64,000 nucleotides of DNA from Promethearchaeota archaeon (lineage in GTDB: Archaea; Asgardarchaeota; Hermodarchaeia; Hermodarchaeales; Hermodarchaeaceae), in assembly GCA_048939625.1 (NCBI GenBank), contig JBHLPH010000003.1, positions 32,001 through 96,000 of the forward strand. Direction: 5' to 3'. Positions 39,947 to 47,934 of this stretch are shown in pieces. The notes below the pieces were generated by a model. That model was not told the DNA's origin and did no database searches. It saw only the letters and a list, made by a program, of their open reading frames with translations. How positions within the stretch are numbered: position 1 is the stretch's first letter; every line of letters starts with the position of its first letter. The position numbers and the translations under genes are program-made.

Positions 39947-40660
39947 GTGTCTTTTGATAGCATGGAAGGAGAAATGATTCAAATGCCAGCTACCATCCTA
40001 ACCCAGTTGGGATTAGTAGCACCTTCAGTGTTGGCACCAAGCATCAAGTTATCAAACTTCATTCCCACAGAACGAGTGGTCTTGGTAAATCTTGATAACT
40101 TTGGATTACTTGAAGTTGTATTACATAAACCTCAATTTCTACTCAAAGAAGCCCGTTTACTCTTAACTTTAGAGACGAACAATGGTTTTGCGTCAAATGT
40201 CATCCATGAGCTTATCCATGGGAATCGACCCGATGGATTCAATCTCTTTTCCTTTCTCATTCACCAAGGCAAAACAGCAGTTTTAGTAGATCGCGAAACC
40301 CAACGAGATAACGCGGGTCAAGCAACCTTCCACGTTGCTGATACGGATATGCGTACTTACATTGAAACCGCAAAACTCCTTAATCGTTCAGATTTATTGT
40401 ATATCCATTTCCTCGACTTTGATACACTATATAGAGAGCATATCAGTCGACCACCGTTAGAATTAGCTCAGAAATTACTTCACCGTACAGATCGTTGGCT
40501 TCTCGGATTTTACAAACAGGCCCGAGCCAATACACTTTTTCTTATCCTCGGTAATCAGGGACAACGCGATTATGGTTTGAAATACGAAGGTAAATACCAA
40601 GATTGGGCAGCTGCAAATGTGCCCATTTGCCTCGTTATTTACAAACCTGGCGGAGAATAA
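39947..40660 (+). CDS. Hypothetical protein; possible degenerate alkaline-phosphatase-superfamily fold
   Basis: RVVLVNLDNFG, LLYIHFLDFD.L, D.WL......LFLILGNQG; the metal-ligand DHG appears replaced by NQG. Confidence 0.5.
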   Translation: MSFDSMEGEMIQMPATILTQLGLVAPSVLAPSIKLSNFIPTERVVLVNLDNFGLLEVVLHKPQFLLKEARLLLTLETNNGFASNVIHELIHGNRPDGFNLFSFLIHQGKTAVLVDRETQRDNAGQATFHVADTDMRTYIETAKLLNRSDLLYIHFLDFDTLYREHISRPPLELAQKLLHRTDRWLLGFYKQARANTLFLILGNQGQRDYGLKYEGKYQDWAAANVPICLVIYKPGGE

Positions 40661-40664
40661 GAAA

Positions 40665-41027
40665 ATGACCAGTCTAATTGAATCCGAGAACGAAAGCGAC
40701 GAAGAACCTCGCGAGCCCCTTGATCAGCTCGCCACAATTCTTTTTCTTGTATTTGGTGGAGCTTTGGGGTATTTACTTATTGCCTACAGTTATGGATTAT
40801 ACCCGTTTATTGTAGTAGACCCGATTCAATCACTTCTCCCCACCTGGGATGCTGTGATTACCTTCATTGCACTTCTCATCATTATGTTTGCAGGTCTAAT
40901 TGGTGGATTAGTTCGAATGCGCTATTCGATTTATCTAGTTGGAGCAGTCACCCTTATTGCGATTTTCGTGATCCTATTCTATGCTTTGCTTGCAGTTAGT
41001 CAATTAGTAGGTCCTTTAGCCCCTTAG
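40665..41027 (+). CDS. Small 3-TM membrane protein
   Basis: Acidic N-terminus then three hydrophobic helices; starts 4 nt after the upstream stop. Confidence 0.7.
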   Translation: MTSLIESENESDEEPREPLDQLATILFLVFGGALGYLLIAYSYGLYPFIVVDPIQSLLPTWDAVITFIALLIIMFAGLIGGLVRMRYSIYLVGAVTLIAIFVILFYALLAVSQLVGPLAP

Positions 41028-41091
41028 TAAGGACAAGATAAGCCTAAAAGCAAGTTCTCCATTTGATTCATATAACCGGAGCTACGCCTTC

Positions 41092-42066
41092 ATGACGCTT
41101 GCTGATTTGATGGATAAAGCGACTCTTCGTTTTCTCCTCTTTGGTGGAAAAGGTGGAGTAGGAAAGACCAGCAGTGCCGCTGCATCAGCGCTTTGGGCTG
41201 CAGAACATGGACGAGAAACACTCGTACTTAGTACAGACCCAGCTCATAGTCTTGGAGATTGTTTTGCTCAAGACATTAGTGGTGGTGAGATTATACCGAT
41301 TAAAGGCGTAAAGAATCTATACGGAATGGAAATCAATCCACAAAAGGCATATGAGCAATATAAAGAAACAGCCCAGCAATCAGATGCTGGTGATATGGAG
41401 GCGATGGGAGGGATGATGGGATTCGATGATTTGGCGGATATGTCCGCTCCTGGATCAGATGAAACCTTGGCTTTCGCAAAAGTATTGGAGTTCATCCATG
41501 AATGTGATTATGATTTAGTTGTCTTTGATACAGCTCCAACAGGCCACACTCTTCGGCTTTTAGGACTTCCAGAAATGCTGGATAGTTTCTTTGGTAAACT
41601 CATCAAGTTACGAATGCGATTCAGCAGTATGTTCAGCCGATTGAAAGTGATCTTTGGGAGAGGAGATTCATCAGAAGAAGAAAATCCAATGGAGAATTTA
41701 GAGAAACTCAAAGCTGCCATAAACGAAGCACGGGTTGAACTAACTGACCCAACCAGAACCAGCTTCGTCATCGTCATGATTCCAGAGGCCATGGCTGTAT
41801 CTGAGACTGAACGCCTTCTTCAAACACTTTACGAATATCAAATACCAACCAGTCACATCATTGTAAACATGATTTTTCCGGACGTTCCTGAATGCTATTT
41901 CTGTAAAGCCCGAAAGAACATGCAAAGCCAATATCTTACTCAAATTCATGATATTTATGACGATTTTACAATTTCTGAAGTACCCTTATTTGCGGATGAG
42001 ATTCGAGGAATCCCTGCATTAAGCAGACTATCGAATTTATTAACAACCGGATTACTTCCTGAATAA
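41092..42066 (+). CDS. Get3/TRC40 (ArsA-family) ATPase
   Basis: GGKGGVGKT, STDPAHSL, PGSDE, DTAPTGHTLRLL, ETERL, Met-rich insert and CYFC (CxxC) dimer motif; single ATPase domain. Confidence 0.9.
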   Translation: MTLADLMDKATLRFLLFGGKGGVGKTSSAAASALWAAEHGRETLVLSTDPAHSLGDCFAQDISGGEIIPIKGVKNLYGMEINPQKAYEQYKETAQQSDAGDMEAMGGMMGFDDLADMSAPGSDETLAFAKVLEFIHECDYDLVVFDTAPTGHTLRLLGLPEMLDSFFGKLIKLRMRFSSMFSRLKVIFGRGDSSEEENPMENLEKLKAAINEARVELTDPTRTSFVIVMIPEAMAVSETERLLQTLYEYQIPTSHIIVNMIFPDVPECYFCKARKNMQSQYLTQIHDIYDDFTISEVPLFADEIRGIPALSRLSNLLTTGLLPE

Positions 42067-42077
42067 GGCGAAAAAGA

Positions 42078-42185
42078 ATGAGGAAAAAACAACAAAATCT
42101 ACTTGTCGCAATCATCCTGATGATTCTCATCATTGGCAGTGTATTCATTGGCATCCTCCTACTAAGCCTTCCCTTCTTACCATGA
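42078..42185 (+). CDS. 35-aa single-TM micropeptide (unannotated)
   Basis: Manual translation MRKKQQNLLVAIILMILIIGSVFIGILLLSLPFLP*; basic N-terminus plus TM; starts 11 nt after the Get3 stop. Confidence 0.55.
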   Translation: MRKKQQNLLVAIILMILIIGSVFIGILLLSLPFLP

Positions 42186-42254
42186 CCTGTAATGGAACTG
42201 AGCAAAATTTATTAAGCGATGAGAGATGCCGTCTAGCAGTTCACACTTTTCGAG

Positions 42255-42470
42255 GTGCTCAAAATAACATTTCGTTGCGCTAAATGTGGGAAAACACTTT
42301 CGTGTCCATATTGCCAGACTCCGGTTCCATCGATGCCACCTAGTAATAGATGTCCCCATTGTGGAAAGCCGTTTGCAACGACCTTACCTTCCAGTAAATG
42401 TCCATTCTGCGGAGCCCGGATTATGTATAAGGAGCGCCCCCAAATTATCAAGAAACTTACCGCAAGGTAA
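42255..42470 (+). CDS. rpo12: RNA polymerase subunit Rpo12 (RpoP) with an inserted second zinc ribbon
   Basis: FRCAKCGK N-terminus and KCPFCGARIMYKERPQIIKKLTAR C-terminus match Rpo12; extra CPYC...CPHC lies in between. Confidence 0.75.
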   Translation: MLKITFRCAKCGKTLSCPYCQTPVPSMPPSNRCPHCGKPFATTLPSSKCPFCGARIMYKERPQIIKKLTAR

Positions 42471-42593
42471 TCCTTACGGGAGAGTAACCCCACAATCAGT
42501 TCTTAATTTTGAACCGATTTCCCAAGTAACTCCGTAAGCTTTTATAGGGGTTACATTGGATATCCCTATCACCATAACTCTCTGAGGTAAATA

Positions 42594-42902
42594 ATGTCAG
42601 AAATTTGTCCTATTTGCAGTTTGCCTAAAGAAATTTGTCGCTGCCAAGAATTGGCGAAGACCGAGCAGCGAATTAAAGTAAGCGTTGAAAGACGAAAATG
42701 GGGACGAGAAGTCACCCTTATCGAAGGCATTAACAGCCGAGACATCTCACTATCTGAGCTAGTCACAAAACTCAAAATGAAATGTGCCTGCGGAGGTAGT
42801 GCAAAGGAAGGCATCATCGTCCTTCAGGGAGACCATCGCCATCATATCAAAAACATATTAGGCGATCTTGGATTCCCTGCTGACAACGTCGACATCGCTT
42901 AA
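42594..42902 (+). CDS. sui1: Translation initiation factor aIF1 (SUI1)
   Basis: CPICSLPKEIC.C, RRKWGREVT.IEG, LK.KCACGG, LQGDHR. Confidence 0.95.
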   Translation: MSEICPICSLPKEICRCQELAKTEQRIKVSVERRKWGREVTLIEGINSRDISLSELVTKLKMKCACGGSAKEGIIVLQGDHRHHIKNILGDLGFPADNVDIA

Positions 42903-43062
42903 TACTGCAAGTCTCTCTGCCAATCTTGATAAGATTCCAAGTTTGCCACTGGCAAACGAAAAAGAGAGGACCGTATAAACTGCGGTTTCTATCCTTCAAG
43001 GCTGAGAGGAAACCTTTTTGTGGAAGCACTCGTTTCAACCTTTCTCCGTGCCGGGGCACCGT

Positions 43063-43217
43063 GCCGGGATTATGCTGGTAATTCCTTACCGGCTCCCGAA
43101 GGTGTAAACTGGTATTTGCCCAGGCGCAATGGTAGCATTGAAGCCTGTGGAATCCCATTTGTCCAGGTGGGATGCAGAAAGCTTTAGGTCGGGGTTCGAA
43201 TCCCTGTCCCGGCACCA
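43063..43217 (+). tRNA. tRNA-His(GUG) with three introns (8/9: 43071-43100; 15/16: 43108-43129; 37/38: 43151-43179); CCA encoded
   Basis: Spliced sequence: GCCGGGA TG GTGT AATGGTA GCAT T GAAGC CT GTG GA GCTTT AGGT CGGGG TTCGAAT CCCTG TCCCGGC A CCA. Each intron has a BHB (central helices CGGG:CCCG, GTGT:GCGC, CTGT:GCAG). Adjacent to hisS. Confidence 0.9.
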
Positions 43218-43271
43218 TTTTTCAATCCAAAGGAGGATAATAGATAGAAATTCGAATACGAGTTGAAAAAC

Positions 43272-44756
43272 ATGAAACGTGGAAAAGAGCTAGCCGTAGG
43301 TGGGTTTCGCGACTACTACCCAGAGCTTTACCAGAAAATCGATGTAATATTGCGCGCCTTCCGTGAAATCCCTAAGCTCTTCGGATATATCGAATACGAA
43401 TGCCCAACGGTAGAACCTCTGGAATTATACGAATTGAAATCGGGACCTTCCCTCGTTGAAGAAACTTTCAAAGTAACTGATCGGAAGAAGCGACGACTTG
43501 TATTACGTCCAGAAACCACACCGTCGTTAGCGAGGATGCTTGCAGTTCAACAACAAAATTATCCACGTCCCATCCGATGGTTTTCCATTTCACGTGTATT
43601 TCGAGACGAAACTCTACAACGAGGACGCGTCAAGGAATTTTGGCAATTAAACGTTGACATACTGGGTACAGAGGACGTCTCCGCTGATGCAGAAGTGATT
43701 AATGTTCTTGCAGCCATCATTCTGAGCTTAAACTTCACACCTGAAGACTTTGTTATTCGAATTAATGATCGCCGGCTCATCCAGAGCTTCATCGAATCCC
43801 TAGGTCTGCCAAATTATGTTGAGATTATCCGAGTGTTAGATCGTCGTGAAAAACTCTTACAAGAAACTCTCATTACTAAACTTACAAAGGCGGGTACCCC
43901 ACCAAAAAAAGCGGAAGAAATCGCACTCAAACTCCGTCATTTCTTTGTTGGTAAGCAGAAAGATATACCCAAACTTCCTCGCACAAAGCAAATAGAAGAA
44001 TTGAAAAAACAGCTTCCACGTCTTCAACGCGACGCACTAATGAAAACCTTATCTGATGCAGGTGTCCCTCAAGATGCTGCCCAACAACTCACAGATTTCT
44101 CAGCTATTCGAGGAACCCCAAAGGAGTTTCTTCAAAGAATGAAAGAGGTCAAACTAGATGAAGCTACAAAGAAAGCCTTAGAACCCCTTAGACAGCTAGC
44201 AGAACAGTTCGAAGATTTAGGATTAACGGAAGTCTGCGAATTCGATGCCGGAATTGCCCGGGGCCTTGATTACTATACAGGAATCGTCTTTGAAGCTTGG
44301 GATCGAAGTAGTGAATTACCTCGTGCAATTGCAGGAGGAGGTCGTTATGATGACCTTGTTGGCATTTTTGAGGGACAGCGCTTGCCAGGTACTGGATTTG
44401 GTTTTGGTGAGACTGTTATCATGGAGCTTGCTGAGGAAATGGGCATACTCTCACCACCTCCTCCACCAGCAGAAGTTTATCTCGCTCCTGTCTCCAAAAA
44501 GCAACTAAGCGTTTGTCGAGAAATTGCCACACAGCTTCGAGCAGCAGGAATCCGAACCATTTTCAATGGTTTCTCATGGTCCTTGTCTAAGCGTCTCGAT
44601 GATGCCAGTAAAAGACAGGTACCACTCGCCGCAATTGTCGGACCGCGCGAGCTTGAGCAAAAATCAGTAAATGTCCGAAATATGAAAAGCGGGAAAGAGA
44701 AAATTGTGAAAATAAGTGCCCTTGCAGACTATGTTAAAAGTACTCTGGATTCCTAA
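43272..44756 (+). CDS. hisS: Histidine--tRNA ligase
   Basis: GFRDY, LRPETTPSLAR, motif 2 FRDETLQRGRVKEFWQ, ARGLDYYTG.VFE, GGGRYD.L, C-terminal anticodon-binding domain. Confidence 0.96.
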   Translation: MKRGKELAVGGFRDYYPELYQKIDVILRAFREIPKLFGYIEYECPTVEPLELYELKSGPSLVEETFKVTDRKKRRLVLRPETTPSLARMLAVQQQNYPRPIRWFSISRVFRDETLQRGRVKEFWQLNVDILGTEDVSADAEVINVLAAIILSLNFTPEDFVIRINDRRLIQSFIESLGLPNYVEIIRVLDRREKLLQETLITKLTKAGTPPKKAEEIALKLRHFFVGKQKDIPKLPRTKQIEELKKQLPRLQRDALMKTLSDAGVPQDAAQQLTDFSAIRGTPKEFLQRMKEVKLDEATKKALEPLRQLAEQFEDLGLTEVCEFDAGIARGLDYYTGIVFEAWDRSSELPRAIAGGGRYDDLVGIFEGQRLPGTGFGFGETVIMELAEEMGILSPPPPPAEVYLAPVSKKQLSVCREIATQLRAAGIRTIFNGFSWSLSKRLDDASKRQVPLAAIVGPRELEQKSVNVRNMKSGKEKIVKISALADYVKSTLDS

Positions 44757-44855
44757 ATTCAAGCCGGATTATAGAACCCCTTTCGCATTGCTTTTTTTGT
44801 TAATGAAGAGAAGTCCTTTAATATTATTAGGATATTTTATCCTACGAGGAAGCAG

Positions 44856-45377
44856 GTGATGAAAAGCCATCTCATCATTGGACTTATGATGTTGTCAGCT
44901 CTTGGCATATTGATTACACCCCCTATTTCCTATAACCGCTCAGCCGCGACCATTATCCATGGATGTCTTGCTGCTGATATCGAGTTGACAATCGATTATG
45001 GCAATACAACACAACAGGTATTTTCTAACCAAATTGGAGTTACGGTTTTTGATATCCTGAACCAGACTAGTATCGTCACCTTTACCCAATACGCCTATGG
45101 TAAATTCATCACGTCGATTAACGGCGTTGAAAACAATGCTAATAATAATGGACGGTACTGGCAATATTGGGTCAATGACGAACTAGCACCAGTTGCAGCA
45201 GACAACTATCTTCTCACAGATGGCGATCAAGTCTTATGGAAATACTTAGCCTCAGAAACAACCCCCACAACCCCTCCGGTTCCTGGTCCTGAACTCTTAC
45301 TTGGCCTTGGATTAATTGTTCTTATCGGCGTTGTTACGGTTGTTGCAGCCTCAATTATCTATCTAAAGATTCGGTGA
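44856..45377 (+). CDS. DUF4430 (transcobalamin beta-domain-like) surface protein
   Basis: Signal peptide, TVFDIL, YGKFITSING, YWQYWVN...A.VAAD.Y.L..GD.V.W.Y, C-terminal TM. Confidence 0.85.
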   Translation: MMKSHLIIGLMMLSALGILITPPISYNRSAATIIHGCLAADIELTIDYGNTTQQVFSNQIGVTVFDILNQTSIVTFTQYAYGKFITSINGVENNANNNGRYWQYWVNDELAPVAADNYLLTDGDQVLWKYLASETTPTTPPVPGPELLLGLGLIVLIGVVTVVAASIIYLKIR

Positions 45378-45386
45378 ACCCTTTCT

Positions 45387-46109
45387 ATGAGAGCAAAAAC
45401 ATCCATCGGAATCTGTTTCATCTTGTCCTTAACAGTAATTCTATTGTGGGTTCAGCCCACAATGGCACAGAACCTATCGTATGCACCAGGGTTATATCCG
45501 ACAGCTCTACATACGCATAAACTTCATTGGCGCATTAACAACGTTACCAATGCTGCCGTTGAATATGGATTTGGTTCAGGCACTTTCTGGCAAGCAGAAG
45601 CGGGCCAAACAATTAGCTTTGAAATCCAAGAAATCGTCAATGATGAATTACACGGCCTATTTACAATCGGGAACCTAACGATACCCGCAAATGATTCACG
45701 AATCGCGGCAGAAATCGTTTTCAGTATTTGGCCCTGGTTCCCGGGTCTAGTATCCCATCTTGACTGGAGTTCAGTTGATCAGTCAGCCACAGAAGTGGCA
45801 GCCAGCTTTTATATGAATGGGAGTTTAGAGATCGAGACTAAATCAACAACTAAAACTTATGAATATCACCAAGGACCTTGGGGAAACCAAAATACAACTC
45901 TTACCTACGATTTGGGAACAGGAATTTTACTTTCAGCTTATACGGAGTTCTTTTTCCTTAATGATTATCATTTAGGCATCGATTTCCTCTTAATTACTCA
46001 AAACCCCACAAACCTAGCGACCCTTCTCTTCGTGGCAATTTTAGTTGTCGTTCTCATCATAGTAATCGCTAGCCTCGCCATTACAAGAGTGCGAACCAAA
46101 AAGGAGTGA
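45387..46109 (+). CDS. Secreted/surface protein with C-terminal TM anchor
   Basis: Signal peptide, N-x-T sequons, YDLGTGILL, TM plus basic tail. Confidence 0.7.
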   Translation: MRAKTSIGICFILSLTVILLWVQPTMAQNLSYAPGLYPTALHTHKLHWRINNVTNAAVEYGFGSGTFWQAEAGQTISFEIQEIVNDELHGLFTIGNLTIPANDSRIAAEIVFSIWPWFPGLVSHLDWSSVDQSATEVAASFYMNGSLEIETKSTTKTYEYHQGPWGNQNTTLTYDLGTGILLSAYTEFFFLNDYHLGIDFLLITQNPTNLATLLFVAILVVVLIIVIASLAITRVRTKKE

Positions 46110-46732
46110 TTTACGTGAAAGAAAATGGAGGAGAGCCCCTATCCTCGGACAAAACCATAGCAATCCGAGTAGCCCTAATTGCGATTTTTGCCGCCTTAGC
46201 AATAGGTGGCAATTACGCGCTAAGCGCTATTCCCAATGTGGAACTATCTTCTGTGATGGTATTTATCAGTGGATTCCTCTTTGGACCTGTAATCGGTTCG
46301 CTTGTTGGATTTATTGCCATGGTCATATACCAAGTCTGGAATCCATGGGGAGCCTTCATCCCGCCCATTGGACTAGCTGTAATTGGATGTACCATTTTCT
46401 TCGGGATTGTTGGAGGAATCCTAGGAAAAGCCCTCCAAAGACTCGATTATTCAGATTGGCGATGGTTTCTTCTGCCAGCCCTATTTGGTGTCCTCCTGAC
46501 GTTGCTTTATGATTTAGTAACCAATTTCGTATATAGTTTCAGCTTCGGAGTCCCGTTCATCATTGCACTTATTACAGGATTTCCCTACCTTTTGGTTCAT
46601 GTCATTAGCAATGGACTTTTGTTTGGATTACTTACTCAACCAGTCACACAAGCAATTGATCATCTTCAACTGTCATATTTACAATCTTCAAATCATAAAA
46701 TAGCATCCAAGAAAGAAAAGCTATCCAAATGA
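46106..46732 (+). CDS. ECF transporter S component (CbrT-like, probable cobalamin)
   Basis: IPNVEL, G.LFGP..G, NPWG, YDLVTN, HVISN; clustered with DUF4430. Confidence 0.82.
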   Translation: MIYVKENGGEPLSSDKTIAIRVALIAIFAALAIGGNYALSAIPNVELSSVMVFISGFLFGPVIGSLVGFIAMVIYQVWNPWGAFIPPIGLAVIGCTIFFGIVGGILGKALQRLDYSDWRWFLLPALFGVLLTLLYDLVTNFVYSFSFGVPFIIALITGFPYLLVHVISNGLLFGLLTQPVTQAIDHLQLSYLQSSNHKIASKKEKLSK

Positions 46733-46756
46733 TTTGCTAGAAGGATGAAACGCTGA

Positions 46757-47383
46757 ATGAAGCTTACTCAAATTCTAAACACTGACATCCGTCACGGACA
46801 TCCTAAGCAGTTTCATCCATGGCACCTTCTCGCAGCGTTCTACACCTTTTGTCAAAGCACTTCTCCTATCGGTCGGTACCAACTGGGTTCGAACCTTGGG
46901 CTAGGTGATGGAAGTATTCGCTCCCTTATTCGATTTCTACGAAACCAAGGACTCATTAACCCAGTAAAGCGGCAAGGTCACCGACTATCCCCTGATGGTG
47001 AACATTACTGCCAAAAGCTAACTCAAATTCTGATTAAATTCGTTGAACTTCCAGAGAATGAGTATACTATTGATGTGTTCAACTATGGTTGTCACCTACG
47101 ACAACTGGCTCCCTTTGTCACAGATGGTGTGCTCCAGCGAGATGCTGCCATGCGAGCTGGGGCAAGTGGTGCTACGACCTTCATCCAGGATTCAGAACTC
47201 AACACCTTAATCATGGCAAAGGACCATCGAATAGACAAAAACGATCTTAAGATAGTGCTTGAACAATTCGATATCGGAATTGGTGACGTATTAGTCATCG
47301 GATCAGGGACAAATTTTATTTCTGCACAACTTGGTGCATTTGCAGCATCGTTAACGCTACTTAAGAAGCGGGATGAATCCTAA
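46757..47383 (+). CDS. DUF4443-family HTH protein
   Basis: PIGRYQL...LGLGDGSIRSL, LQRDAAMRAGASGATT. Confidence 0.8.
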   Translation: MKLTQILNTDIRHGHPKQFHPWHLLAAFYTFCQSTSPIGRYQLGSNLGLGDGSIRSLIRFLRNQGLINPVKRQGHRLSPDGEHYCQKLTQILIKFVELPENEYTIDVFNYGCHLRQLAPFVTDGVLQRDAAMRAGASGATTFIQDSELNTLIMAKDHRIDKNDLKIVLEQFDIGIGDVLVIGSGTNFISAQLGAFAASLTLLKKRDES

Positions 47384-47934
47384 GAGGTTCGGTTTAGAAT
47401 GGTTCTAGCAAGTTCGGAGAAAGCAAAATCAACATTCGTATCTTCTTTTGCACTTGTTTCAACAAAGACCATCGAGTACTCCTCAGCCTTTTTTCTACCC
47501 TCTGCAGCCGACACTTTTGCATCAAGATCTGACTTATTGGCAATAAGAACCAGCGGAACATCTCCGCACCCACGTTTGACTTCATTCAACCAATAATCAA
47601 CCCGTTCGAAAGAATCTGGATTCGTCCGATCATATACAAGCAGAACCCCCTTTGCCCCACGATAATACAACTGACGAATTGGACCAAATCGTTCTTGCCC
47701 GCCCGTGTCCCATGCTTGTAATCGCAGGACATTCTCTCCTACAACAATATCTTTTACATGAAATGCCACACCAATTGTTAAAATATACGTTGGATTAAAT
47801 ATATTTTTTACATATCTAACAAGTAGGCTAGTCTTTCCGACAGCTGCGTCTCCGACTACGACAGCTTTAGCGATGTGGGTGTAAGGGCGCCTTGCGGTGA
47901 TTGGTTGGGTGGTGCTTTCGGTGGGATTACTCAT
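47380..47934 (-). CDS. Rab-like small GTPase
   Basis: GDAAVGKT, TIGVAF, WDTGGQERF, YYRGA, LVYD, NKSD, ETSAK; no C-terminal prenylation cysteines. Confidence 0.95.
   Translation of the reverse strand: MSNPTESTTQPITARRPYTHIAKAVVVGDAAVGKTSLLVRYVKNIFNPTYILTIGVAFHVKDIVVGENVLRLQAWDTGGQERFGPIRQLYYRGAKGVLLVYDRTNPDSFERVDYWLNEVKRGCGDVPLVLIANKSDLDAKVSAAEGRKKAEEYSMVFVETSAKEDTNVDFAFSELARTILNRTS

Noticed and set aside
42847-43218. 123-aa minus-strand ORF
   Set aside because: Antisense to tRNA-His; spurious.
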